Of a stretch of DNA of 48,543 nt, positions 7,334 to 15,193 are shown piece by piece. Made by a program: the position numbers and the translations under genes. The DNA is from a virus. Within the stretch, counting starts at the first letter, position 1. Each line of letters starts with the position of its first letter. The DNA lies in IMG/VR virus record IMGVR_UViG_3300045988_164290, positions 1 through 48,543 of that record; one strand, given 5' to 3'. The notes beneath the pieces were generated by a model. The model was not told the origin of the DNA. It did not search any database and saw only the letters and a list, made by a program, of their open reading frames with translations.

Positions 7334-7905
7334 TATTTTTCACCTCTAATAAATTCCAAAAAGTTTTCAAACGCCTTTTCTTTGTTTTTGTTCGGGTTGC
7401 CTTTAATGGAAAAATCAAGCGACTTTTTAAACCAATGGGCAACTTCTTTTTGAGCGTTTTTATAACCTTGCTTTAAGCCGTCGTAATAGCCCCGTGACGG
7501 CTTGTTTGCGGCAATCCCGACCTTTCCCACGCCTTGCGAGCCGCTCGTCTTGTTGAGCAACTGATAGCCCAAATCGGCGTAATATTTTATGAATACCTGC
7601 TCTTGCATATTCAGACTTTCTTCGCCGTATTCAGCAAACGCAATATTCCACCCGTCAGGGCGAGTTTCTCTGTCGTATAGCCCGTGACTTTTTAGCGAGC
7701 GGTCAATGTGTTGCTCGTAGCCCATAAGATGCTGAGCAAGCCGTGTTAAAATATGCTTTGCCTGCCCTATATAAGCGTACTTAAAACCGTTGCTATCTTT
7801 TCGGGTAAGTATGTAAATTCCGCTTCTTTCGGGCAAATGCGGGTTGACTTTTAAAAGTGTCTTTTTCGCCGCCTCTTGCCGTGCCTTTATTTGCCTATAA
7901 TTCAT
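7333..7905 (-). CDS. GIY-YIG nuclease domain protein (homing-endonuclease-like)
   Basis: SGIYILTRKD...YAYIGQAKHILTRLAQH. Confidence 0.7.
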   Translation of the reverse strand: MNYRQIKARQEAAKKTLLKVNPHLPERSGIYILTRKDSNGFKYAYIGQAKHILTRLAQHLMGYEQHIDRSLKSHGLYDRETRPDGWNIAFAEYGEESLNMQEQVFIKYYADLGYQLLNKTSGSQGVGKVGIAANKPSRGYYDGLKQGYKNAQKEVAHWFKKSLDFSIKGNPNKNKEKAFENFLEFIRGEK

Positions 7906-7917
7906 TCATTGTCTCCT

Positions 7918-8571
7918 TTAATCGCATTTAATTTTTACAGTTTGCTTTTCTTCGGGGTCATATCCGAACGTGTCTTTTACCTCTTCCGCCATTTGTATAC
8001 CGTAAAGCACGTCAGGACAGTATACCCTTGCAAAAAACGCTCCTGCTCGATATTGCAACATCTGCTCGGGCATTGTTTTCCACTTGCTTCCGGGCTTGTT
8101 TACCCAGCCTTCGTCTTGTGCCATTTGCATAGTGATTTTTGCTCCGCAAACCTCTTCGCCTTGAAGTGTAGTTGTTGTCATATAACAGCCCCATTCCCTC
8201 GTGTTCGGCTCGCCGAAAAAAACGGGTTTTAACGGTCGGGCAAATCTACGGCTGCCGTTTACAAGTGCGATTGCAAATTGTCCAGCCCAAGCGGGTTTGC
8301 CTTTAACTATGTAAAGATTTTGCATAATCGTCAGCGGAGACATTCCGCTTCTGTTTGCAAGGTCAACCGCAATTAAACAGTTTTCGGGTCTGCCGTAATA
8401 AGTATCTTGCGGCACTAACGCACTTTTTGAAAGATAGGTTGCAACCTTAAACGCCTGTTCAAGCATTCCCTTATCGTTCCACATTGAACGGTACTGCGGA
8501 GTTGCTATCATTTCAGAGGTTTGAGCCGCTTGAAGTTCCGTGTTTTCAACTTTTTGAATTTCATTATCCAT
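7918..8571 (-). CDS. recT: RecT-family single-strand annealing protein
   Basis: ...CLIAVDLANRSGMSPLTIMQNLYIVKGKPAWAGQFAIALVNG... is typical of RecT, and an exonuclease gene sits next to it. Confidence 0.75.
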   Translation of the reverse strand: MDNEIQKVENTELQAAQTSEMIATPQYRSMWNDKGMLEQAFKVATYLSKSALVPQDTYYGRPENCLIAVDLANRSGMSPLTIMQNLYIVKGKPAWAGQFAIALVNGSRRFARPLKPVFFGEPNTREWGCYMTTTTLQGEEVCGAKITMQMAQDEGWVNKPGSKWKTMPEQMLQYRAGAFFARVYCPDVLYGIQMAEEVKDTFGYDPEEKQTVKIKCD

Positions 8572-9235
8572 TTTCTTTTTCGTCCTTTTTCTGCCTTTTT
8601 TTAGTCTTTAAAGCGTTATGCAAGTTTAAACAACTCATAAATAACGTATCGTCCATTTCAAACGCTATCATTTTGTATTTTTGGTCTTTGCTTAAATGAA
8701 GTATAAATAACGCTCCGACTTCGCCTAAGCCGTTTATTTCGACGTTCTTCTTGTAAGCGTTTAATTGTATTTGAGCAAGCACCTTTTTTACTGCGCTGCT
8801 TGTTTTTAAATCAATTATCGCAAGTTTTCCGATTTTGTCGTGAATATCTACTTTACAATCTTCAAAAACTTTGTCGGCGAATGGCTCATCAATTTTGTAG
8901 ATGCGGTCAATCGTTCCTGCGTATTTTAACGCTTCATTTGCAAGCGGTTTTTCAATCGCAACATAATCGCCGATTTTATAATCTTTTTTAAATTGCACAT
9001 ACGCTCGGATATAATTTTCAATTTCTTCCGTGCATTCTACTTCTTTGTACTTGTCAAGGATTTCGGTCGCTTTATGTACCGCAGACCCTCTCTCGCAGGC
9101 ATTGTCAAGATTGTATTGCATTACATCGCCGTAGATTTCACGGCTCGCAAATCTTGCAATTTCTGAAACACTCGGCACTTCCTCGCCGTCTACTTCGTAA
9201 CGGTGTTCATCGTCAAAAAATATAAGTTTTGCCAT
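8564..9235 (-). CDS. PD-(D/E)XK (Cas4/RecB-like) exonuclease, recombination partner of RecT
   Basis: ATG at 9235 (TAATG overlap). Contains HRYEVDG..PSVSEI, GTIDRIY and AIIDLKTS (D...D-x-K). Confidence 0.65.
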   Translation of the reverse strand: MAKLIFFDDEHRYEVDGEEVPSVSEIARFASREIYGDVMQYNLDNACERGSAVHKATEILDKYKEVECTEEIENYIRAYVQFKKDYKIGDYVAIEKPLANEALKYAGTIDRIYKIDEPFADKVFEDCKVDIHDKIGKLAIIDLKTSSAVKKVLAQIQLNAYKKNVEINGLGEVGALFILHLSKDQKYKMIAFEMDDTLFMSCLNLHNALKTKKRQKKDEKENG

Positions 9236-9513
9236 TATTCGCTCCACCCACAGCAAGGACAGGATAAATGTGGCAGTTGATATTCGTCGTAATTGCCCCG
9301 CGTTTCCAATTCTTCGCCGCAGTTCGGACAGTAGCCGTCCTCTTTTAAATCTTGCTCTAAACGCTCAATTTTGCCGTTTAAAAACTCGATTATTTCGGGC
9401 TTGTCTGCTAATTCGTCTTTAAGGGCTTTGAGCCTTGTGAGACAGTCAAACGTGTCAGTATGCCCGATTGCATTGTCTATGTAACACTCAATTATGTATT
9501 CTAAATTTTCCAT
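9235..9513 (-). CDS. zinc-ribbon protein
   Basis: CPNCGEEL...SCPCCGW; AAGGAGG RBS. Confidence 0.55.
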   Translation of the reverse strand: MENLEYIIECYIDNAIGHTDTFDCLTRLKALKDELADKPEIIEFLNGKIERLEQDLKEDGYCPNCGEELETRGNYDEYQLPHLSCPCCGWSE

Positions 9514-9522
9514 ACAGCCTCC

Positions 9523-9933
9523 TTAAATTTTGTACGGACAACCGTCCGTATCTTCGCCTTTAATATCGCAAGCAACCGAGATTGCGTAAACGCCGCATTT
9601 TGTGAAGTCGCACCGATCGCAGTCGAGGCAATGAATTGTTCGCAAATCATTTATAGCAGGGTCTAAGTCCTGAGCGGCGGCGTTCGATATTGCCTCGGTA
9701 TAACTGCTATATTTCCCGACAAGTCGTAAAGCATTGCTTTCCATAGTCCGTTCAATTTTGTTTGCATAAGGCTTACCCATACGCTCAAACAAACTGCGGT
9801 TAAACGCTTTTGTAATATGTCTACGTTCTTCGCCCGTAAGTGTTGGGCTTTTGCTCATTTCTTCGCAAGTCGTTTGCATTGCGAGAAGTATTATGTGCCG
9901 AGTTCGGTCGGCGGCGTTAAAGTAAGTTTTCAT
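9523..9933 (-). CDS. hypothetical protein with C-terminal Cys cluster
   Basis: ATG at 9933 with ATGA overlap (MKTYFNAADRTRH...); the longer track ORF reads through the upstream gene. Confidence 0.5.
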   Translation of the reverse strand: MKTYFNAADRTRHIILLAMQTTCEEMSKSPTLTGEERRHITKAFNRSLFERMGKPYANKIERTMESNALRLVGKYSSYTEAISNAAAQDLDPAINDLRTIHCLDCDRCDFTKCGVYAISVACDIKGEDTDGCPYKI

Positions 9934-10115
9934 TTTTCGGCAATCTCTTCCAATGTTTTTATTTCGCCGAGAATATCGTCGCAAACTTCTTTTTCTTCGT
10001 CGCTTTTGAGATATTTTTTGTAGATTTCTATGTATTGCCGCAATTTCCACAACACACTTGCTTCGCCAGCCTTGCGTCCTTCTCTATAAACTTTCATTTC
10101 TTCGTTGACATTCAT
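9930..10115 (-). CDS. hypothetical small protein (61 aa)
   Basis: ATG at 10115 after GGAAGGAG (MNVNEEMKVYREG...). Confidence 0.5.
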   Translation of the reverse strand: MNVNEEMKVYREGRKAGEASVLWKLRQYIEIYKKYLKSDEEKEVCDDILGEIKTLEEIAEK

Positions 10116-10135
10116 TGTAAAACTCCTTCCTTTTT

Positions 10136-10324
10136 TTAATCTAAATATCCTATGCCGTGATTTTCTTTGTACTCTTCCCACGCTCGTTTTATTGCCGTAG
10201 TCATCGGTACGCCCGTGAAGTCAGAGTACTTTCTTATCTCTTGCACAAACGCCTTTTGAAAGCCGATTTTTTCTTGATAATCGTTTGTTCTCGGGCGTTT
10301 TTTTTCGTTCTTTTCGCCGTCCAT
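10136..10324 (-). CDS. hypothetical small protein (62 aa)
   Basis: AAGGAGAC RBS and ATG start. Confidence 0.5.
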   Translation of the reverse strand: MDGEKNEKKRPRTNDYQEKIGFQKAFVQEIRKYSDFTGVPMTTAIKRAWEEYKENHGIGYLD

Positions 10325-10352
10325 TGTTGTCTCCTTTTATTTTTGTACCTTT

Positions 10353-10381
10353 ATTTTATCATACCTTACAAGGGTTGTCGA
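10353..10381 (-). promoter_or_regulatory. promoter TCGACA-17-TGaTAAAAT
   Basis: The reverse complement reads TCGACAacccttgtaaggtaTGaTAAAAT, placed upstream of 10136..10324. Confidence 0.5.
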
Positions 10382-10572
10382 GTGTTTTTACGTCCTTTTT
10401 TAAATTTTATTAAAATTTTTGCAAACAGCACTTCCAGGCGGCTAAGTTTAAACCATTCGCCCCGAACGTTTTTCTTTTTAAACCGCCTATGAAGCCGTTT
10501 TTCAAAATTATGATAATCTCTCACCCATTCATCATTGTCTACTTTTTTTGCTCTGAAAATTGATTGTCTCAT
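10366..10572 (-). CDS. chimeric remnant: YopX-like N-terminus fused to a T5orf172-like C-terminus
   Basis: MRQSIFRAKKVDNDEWV parallels MREILFRGKRVDNGEWV of 46383..46772. ...HRRFKKKNVRGEWFKL resembles the end of a T5orf172 domain. Confidence 0.45.
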   Translation of the reverse strand: MRQSIFRAKKVDNDEWVRDYHNFEKRLHRRFKKKNVRGEWFKLSRLEVLFAKILIKFKKGRKNTRQPL

Positions 10573-10576
10573 TTTG

Positions 10577-10750
10577 TCACACCTCTATATTTATTATTTT
10601 GCCCTTTTGTTTTAAAACGATTTTCAGGGTTTCGTTTTCGTGATATTTGCGAAGAATTCGGATAATTTCTTCCGCCTCTTCTTTGCAGGTTACGGACAAA
10701 ATCGTGATTGCGTTCTGCCCGTTAAAATGCCTTACGATTTCTAAGTACAT
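10577..10750 (-). CDS. small ORF (57 aa)
   Basis: GAGGTG RBS plus ATG; MYLEIVRHFNGQNAITILSVTCKEEAEEIIRILRKYHENETLKIVLKQKGKIINIEV. Confidence 0.4.
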   Translation of the reverse strand: MYLEIVRHFNGQNAITILSVTCKEEAEEIIRILRKYHENETLKIVLKQKGKIINIEV

Positions 10751-10754
10751 TCTT

Positions 10755-11528
10755 CTACACCTCTTTTTTGTATCTCATATTTCGGCTTTCGTCTCGCTTG
10801 ACCTCGATTATATAATCTTCGGTTGCCAATTCGTAAATTCGACTTGCCATAGCCTCGTCGATTGCCGTAAGTTCGGCGATTGTTTTTTCGCTGCTTATAA
10901 TCGTTATAAATCGCTTGTTTTTTGTCGCTCGTGCAACGTTGTAGCGATAATCAAGTATCTGGATCGCCTTGTCTTTGTCTGCGGTCGTCGGAGTAAATTT
11001 AAAGAAGTCGTCGATAAATAAAACGGTTGCATTTTTCAAATCGTTCATTTCTCGGTTATAACTTGCGGGGTCAGAAACCACCGTTTGCTTTAATATCGTA
11101 ACCGTGTCATACCACACTATATATCGGACGTCTTTCCCTTGCTTTATAAACTCCCTTACCATAGCCGTGCAAATATGGCTTTTGCCGCACCCGACCGCAC
11201 CGCCGATATAAAAGCAATGCGAGTTTGTGTCATCAACAAATTTTTTTGCCTTATTATAAATCAAGGCTTGCCAAGGCTCTTCGTGAGTATATCTTGCGAA
11301 AGTGTATAGTTTTAACACCTCGCCGAGACCGCTCCACTTTGCACACGCCTGAGCCGCCCGGATCTTCATACACTCACACTCTTTTGCGTATTCGTTGTCG
11401 TCGTCACCCTCGCCGAGGTAATATATCCAGCCTTTATTTTTGCAAAGCGGACAGTTGTAGCCCGTCAAATCGCCCTCTTTCCGGTTCTCAGCCTCGATTG
11501 TTGATTTTTTAAACTCTCTGTAAGTCAT
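10755..11528 (-). CDS. DnaC/IstB-like AAA+ ATPase (helicase loader) with N-terminal zinc-binding motif
   Basis: Walker A GGAVGCGKSH and Walker B VLFIDDF; CPLCKNKG...ECECMK; ATGA overlap with the replisome-organizer gene. Confidence 0.8.
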   Translation of the reverse strand: MTYREFKKSTIEAENRKEGDLTGYNCPLCKNKGWIYYLGEGDDDNEYAKECECMKIRAAQACAKWSGLGEVLKLYTFARYTHEEPWQALIYNKAKKFVDDTNSHCFYIGGAVGCGKSHICTAMVREFIKQGKDVRYIVWYDTVTILKQTVVSDPASYNREMNDLKNATVLFIDDFFKFTPTTADKDKAIQILDYRYNVARATKNKRFITIISSEKTIAELTAIDEAMASRIYELATEDYIIEVKRDESRNMRYKKEV

Positions 11529-12349
11529 ACTATTATCCCCAACTGCCTTTTAATAGGCTTCGGCTTTTCCTCATATTCTTTTAAATCAAAAACGCCTTGA
11601 TAACTATTTTTTATCGAATGTTCAAGTATCTTAACACCTTTATCTATATTGCCGTTAGCAAACTTTTTAACGTCTTTAATAATCAAGTCAAAAGCGTGTA
11701 CTGTTAAAGGCTTCCTTATAGCCTTTCGCATTTTTATAAACTCTCTTAACGGCTCTCTTAACGGCTCTTCTTGCGATAAAATAAGATTTTCAAACTCGTT
11801 TTTTTCTTTTGATATGTTTTCTTTTCCTTTAATAGGTAATAATTCTTTATCTATCTCTATATCTTTATCTATCTCTATCTCTTTCTCTATATCTTTATCT
11901 GGTGGACAAATGTCCACCCCCTTGTCCACCTTTTTGTCCACCCTTGTGTCCTTATCTGTTTTTAATCTTAGCCGTTGCTGTTGCTTTTTAAAAGCCGAAT
12001 TTGACTGACTTCCGACCATTTCGTCGAAGTTGGTAATTTTTAAAATTCCGTTTTCTTGTTCATAAACAAGCCCAAGTTTTTTGTACAAAGTCATCGCAAC
12101 TCGTATAGTGTCGATCGTGAACCACTTTAAATCACGCTGTATTTTTTCCTCATCATAAGGAATTATAACTTCGCCTATTTCCCGGGATAAACAGCCGTTA
12201 TTATTGACGGTTTTTAAGCATAATAACTGATAGATTACAACATAATTTGCCCCGTCTTTTTGTTCCATTAAGAAGTCTACAACGTCGCTTGTCATAAATT
12301 TATCGGTAAGTTTTATCCAATAGTATCGCTGTGTATTATATTCCGACAT
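11525..12349 (-). CDS. phage replisome organizer (Phage_rep_org_N-like) / replication initiator
   Basis: ATG at 12349 after GAGGG. RYYWIKLTDKFMTSDVVDFLMEQKDGANYVVIYQLLCLK... is typical of replisome-organizer N-domains. Internal iterons are present. Confidence 0.75.
   Translation of the reverse strand: MSEYNTQRYYWIKLTDKFMTSDVVDFLMEQKDGANYVVIYQLLCLKTVNNNGCLSREIGEVIIPYDEEKIQRDLKWFTIDTIRVAMTLYKKLGLVYEQENGILKITNFDEMVGSQSNSAFKKQQQRLRLKTDKDTRVDKKVDKGVDICPPDKDIEKEIEIDKDIEIDKELLPIKGKENISKEKNEFENLILSQEEPLREPLREFIKMRKAIRKPLTVHAFDLIIKDVKKFANGNIDKGVKILEHSIKNSYQGVFDLKEYEEKPKPIKRQLGIIV
11844..11951. repeat. candidate origin: TC/TA-rich 18-bp tandem repeats followed by TGTCCACC iterons
   Basis: tctttatctatctctat occurs at 11844 and 11862. 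GGTGGACA (11901) is inverted to TGTCCACC at 11911, 11923 and 11935, with a partial TGTCC at 11947, giving exact 12-bp spacing. Confidence 0.6.
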
Positions 12350-12472
12350 AAAACCCTCAAATATTATAATATCCCACTTGCTACTAAGCGGTAACAGCAC
12401 CTTTCGCAAGCAGGATAGTATAAGCATATTATTAAGTCTTTTTGCAATCGTCTGTTACCCAATCGCAAATTG

Positions 12473-12501
12473 ATTTTAGCACTTCGCAGAAAAAAAGTCA
12501 A
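12473..12501 (-). promoter_or_regulatory. promoter TTGACT-17-TGcTAAAAT driving the replication genes
   Basis: The reverse complement reads TTGACTttttttctgcgaagTGcTAAAAT. Confidence 0.65.
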
Positions 12502-12522
12502 GCAAATTTCCGCAAAAAACAG

Positions 12523-12551
12523 TTGACTTTTTAATTTCCCCGTGATATACT
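12523..12551 (+). promoter_or_regulatory. promoter TTGACT-17-TGaTATACT, divergent from 12473..12501
   Basis: TTGACTttttaatttccccgTGaTATACT read on the plus strand. Confidence 0.65.
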
Positions 12552-12557
12552 TTTCTC

Positions 12558-12630
12558 GGTTGTTAAATCAACTCCTTTGTAAAAACTCCATTCTTTTGGA
12601 AAAGCGTCCCGATTGTTCGGGGCGTTTTTT
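12558..12630 (+). ncRNA. predicted ~70-nt terminated antisense RNA (oop-like)
   Basis: It lies between the 12523 promoter and the 12601..12630 terminator. It contains no ATG and is antisense to the minus-strand transcript just upstream of the replisome-organizer gene. Confidence 0.45.
12601..12630 (+). terminator. intrinsic terminator, strong on plus; only T4 follows the hairpin on minus
   Basis: GCGTCCCG-attgtt-CGGGGCGT stem followed by TTTTTT. Confidence 0.65.
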
Positions 12631-12941
12631 CAATCGTAAATGACCGTTTCATTTTTAACATCAAGTTTTAAAACTGTTTTGCCGATATACTCGGCATATT
12701 TTTTTTCGAGCATAGCCCCCTCGCTTTCGTTTGCGTTCGGAAGCAGAATAACGCAGTCCGCACTATCAACCATAGCGAAGCAAATTCGCATATAATCCGC
12801 TTTACTCATATCCTCAGGCAGAATTGCGGGCGATAAAATCGGACAGTCTCGCCCCATTTTTGCAACGACTTTTTTCGCCTCGGCAAAATCTCGATTATAA
12901 TTCGGGTTCCCGCTTATCTTTCCCGCTAAATAGATTTTCAT
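12630..12941 (-). CDS. DUF4406-like (nucleoside 2-deoxyribosyltransferase-like fold) protein
   Basis: MKIYLAGKISGNPNYNRDFAEAKK...ADCVILLPNANESEGAMLE resembles DUF4406. Confidence 0.6.
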   Translation of the reverse strand: MKIYLAGKISGNPNYNRDFAEAKKVVAKMGRDCPILSPAILPEDMSKADYMRICFAMVDSADCVILLPNANESEGAMLEKKYAEYIGKTVLKLDVKNETVIYD

Positions 12942-12987
12942 TTATTTACACCTCTAAGCCGTGTTTATTGTTTTTGTGGGTATTTAC

Positions 12988-13026
12988 CCGCCCCGCGAGT
13001 TTTTGTGCCTTGTGGGGCGGTTTTTG
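12988..13026 (+). terminator. plus-oriented hairpin plus T-run
   Basis: CCGCCCC...GGGGCGG stem followed by TTTTTgTT; in the minus orientation no U-tract follows. Confidence 0.5.
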
Positions 13027-13419
13027 TTAGTCAGGCGGGCTATCCGTCTCGATTTGGTCGACAACCTTTTTACATTCTTTCTCAACGTATGGCAAAGTGC
13101 AGATAATTCCGTCAAAACAAGTGGGGAATGCGTAATCAGAACCAAGCCCCGATTGTTCGAGGGCTTTTATATCTATTCCGTCGCCCAAGTGTCCACAATC
13201 AAAGCCGATGTAAAAGTCTTTTATCTGCCCATAATCATAAGGCAGATTGCCGCTTGAAAAAGATATTCCGCCGTGGCACTCTATTTTGTCGCAGTCGATA
13301 TTAAAAGGGGCAGAAACATAGCCGCAACGAAATCCGTGTCTGTTTAAAATGCAGATGCAATCGTGACCTTTATACGTGAATTGTTTTTCAATAACCGCCC
13401 AACCGTTTATTTTTTTCAT
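13027..13419 (-). CDS. hypothetical protein
   Basis: ATG at 13419 (MKKINGWAVIEKQ...) with an ATGA-type overlap with the upstream small ORF. Confidence 0.55.
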   Translation of the reverse strand: MKKINGWAVIEKQFTYKGHDCICILNRHGFRCGYVSAPFNIDCDKIECHGGISFSSGNLPYDYGQIKDFYIGFDCGHLGDGIDIKALEQSGLGSDYAFPTCFDGIICTLPYVEKECKKVVDQIETDSPPD

Positions 13420-13568
13420 TTCTCTTCGTCCTCGTCTTTTTCTTTTTCCTGCCAAAATTCGGCTTTCTCGCCCCGTTTTGCCTTTTTGTAGTCGGTTATA
13501 AGGGTATAGGCTAAAACGCCCGTTACAACCACCAATAAACCGCTCAGAATAATAATGTTGCCTATCAT
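13416..13568 (-). CDS. small single-pass membrane protein (50 aa)
   Basis: MIGNIIILSGLLVVVTGVLAYTLI... followed by an acidic tail; ATGA overlaps at both ends. Confidence 0.4.
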   Translation of the reverse strand: MIGNIIILSGLLVVVTGVLAYTLITDYKKAKRGEKAEFWQEKEKDEDEEK

Positions 13569-13882
13569 TTCACTTTGTTCTCCTTTGATAAAAATTTTAA
13601 ATCGTTTTCGGTAATTTTTTTATGCTTAAATGCTTCAATAACAATAAAGCCGTTTTTTTTGTGTTCGCCCTGTATTTCGTATGATAAAATATAATCGTTG
13701 TAACTCGTAGGGCGTTTCCCGTAAAAGTATGCGAACGCATTCCAAATCCTTGCCTTAAAGGGCTTTCGTCCGACTTTAAAAGCGACCCATTCGTCTCGTC
13801 CGTTCGGGGTGAAAAACCGTTCAACCGTGATTTTGTCTTTCAAATCGTCATCAAACCCTGATAGAAATTGCTGTATAATCAT
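13565..13882 (-). CDS. hypothetical protein
   Basis: 105-aa ORF with ATGA overlap. Confidence 0.55.
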   Translation of the reverse strand: MIIQQFLSGFDDDLKDKITVERFFTPNGRDEWVAFKVGRKPFKARIWNAFAYFYGKRPTSYNDYILSYEIQGEHKKNGFIVIEAFKHKKITENDLKFLSKENKVK

Positions 13883-14286
13883 TTCTTCGCTTTATACCTT
13901 TTTAAAAACTTTTCTGCCGTGTCGGCGGCGGTGCTTGCGTTGTGTCTGTACGCCGTCAGAATTTCGCCGCAGACCTTTTCAAAGTCGGTTGCCGTTAAGT
14001 CGGGGCGGCGGGATTTGACCGTATAGGCTATAATCAACTCGGGAAGTTTTACGCCGCAGTCGTAAGCGCGGAATAATTCCGCCGTAAATGGCATTTCGCC
14101 AAGTTCGCAGAATTTCCAACGCCCGCCCCATTTATCGGAAACAACTCCCGCCTGCTCGTCAATTGTCATTTCGTCGAAGCCGCTTTCTTGTTCGTCGCAG
14201 AATTTCGACATCGCAGAAGAAAGATTTTCGGCGTATTGATAATCAAATTCGCCCGTTTCGTCGTCTATTAGTTTAAAAATTTTCAT
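13879..14286 (-). CDS. hypothetical protein (135 aa)
   Basis: ATG at 14286 overlaps the target-gene stop (ATGA). The first 14 track codons are an out-of-frame reading of the VR flank. Confidence 0.55.
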   Translation of the reverse strand: MKIFKLIDDETGEFDYQYAENLSSAMSKFCDEQESGFDEMTIDEQAGVVSDKWGGRWKFCELGEMPFTAELFRAYDCGVKLPELIIAYTVKSRRPDLTATDFEKVCGEILTAYRHNASTAADTAEKFLKRYKAKK

Positions 14287-14924
14287 TTGTCGCCATCGGT
14301 CACATTTGCGGAAGATTTCAAGATGCAAAACGGACGAACGCCGCAGTCGAAGTTACAAAAATTGTAGTACAAAGTACCATTGTAGCCGACGTAACGGACA
14401 AGCTCGCTTTTATAATGGTTTTGACCTGAGTCTGGCGTGGCAGTCCACCACCACGAGCCAACGGGGAAGCGGTCAAGCGTTTTGACAAAACGGCGGTATT
14501 GTTCGCAAGTCAGAAGCCCTATTTTTTGCAGACAGTCGCCGAAATCGTTTAGCCCGTCATCGGCGGTTAGGTCGGTAGTGTGGGCGAGTATTTGCTCAAT
14601 ATCGAAACGTTGCAGAAATTCGCCATTTAACCACGAGCGAAGGCTCGATTTTGCGAAGTTCGGCGATTTATTGTCAAATACTTTTTCGATTATTTCGCCG
14701 TCTTCGTCTTTTAATAATTCTTTCGTGATGACTGCGACCCCGTCGGCGTTTTTGTCTAAAACGACCCAATCAAGCCCGCCGAAGTTCAGGACTTCGCCGA
14801 TCTCGAACTCGTCCGCCCTCTTTGCGTTTAAAAGTTTTATAATTTCGGCGTTGTCGATTTTTACGAAAATTTCGCCGTTTTTGCGTGTAATGTTTTTTTC
14901 GTTTATTGTCAATGTAATTTCCAT
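14283..14924 (-). CDS. DGR target protein 1 (DUF6273-like, C-terminal variable region)
   Basis: FEIGEVLNFGGLDWVVLDKNADG..., WWWTATPDSG...VRYVGYNGTLYYNFCNFDCGVRPFCILKSS; the 3' end matches the TR. Confidence 0.85.
   Translation of the reverse strand: MEITLTINEKNITRKNGEIFVKIDNAEIIKLLNAKRADEFEIGEVLNFGGLDWVVLDKNADGVAVITKELLKDEDGEIIEKVFDNKSPNFAKSSLRSWLNGEFLQRFDIEQILAHTTDLTADDGLNDFGDCLQKIGLLTCEQYRRFVKTLDRFPVGSWWWTATPDSGQNHYKSELVRYVGYNGTLYYNFCNFDCGVRPFCILKSSANVTDGDK
14329..14410 (-). repeat. DGR variable repeat VR-1
   Basis: Ungapped 82-nt match to TR 43836..43917. I count 12 mismatches, and all sit where the TR coding strand has A. Confidence 0.9.
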
Positions 14925-14928
14925 TTTT

Positions 14929-15147
14929 TTATTCTCCTTTGTTCGCCTCGCTCAACGCTTTTAAATAAGCGGTGTATATTGTGTTTACTGTTTTTAAATT
15001 CGCCCGAGCCTCCTCGTTATACTGTGAAGAGTAGTAGGCGATTGAGAACCCCGCCCATGTGGCGAGATCTTCCTTTTCCTCTCTTGTGCCTGTCTTCGCT
15101 ATGCTTTCCGCATCCGCGATAGCCTGCTTTAATTCTTCAGTGTTCAT
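14929..15147 (-). CDS. hypothetical protein (72 aa), first gene of the early block
   Basis: ATG at 15147 after AAGGAG (MNTEELKQAIADAE...). Confidence 0.55.
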   Translation of the reverse strand: MNTEELKQAIADAESIAKTGTREEKEDLATWAGFSIAYYSSQYNEEARANLKTVNTIYTAYLKALSEANKGE

Positions 15148-15193
15148 TATTAACTCCTTCGGGGCGTCTGCCCCTCTCAATCTTTACGCCCTT

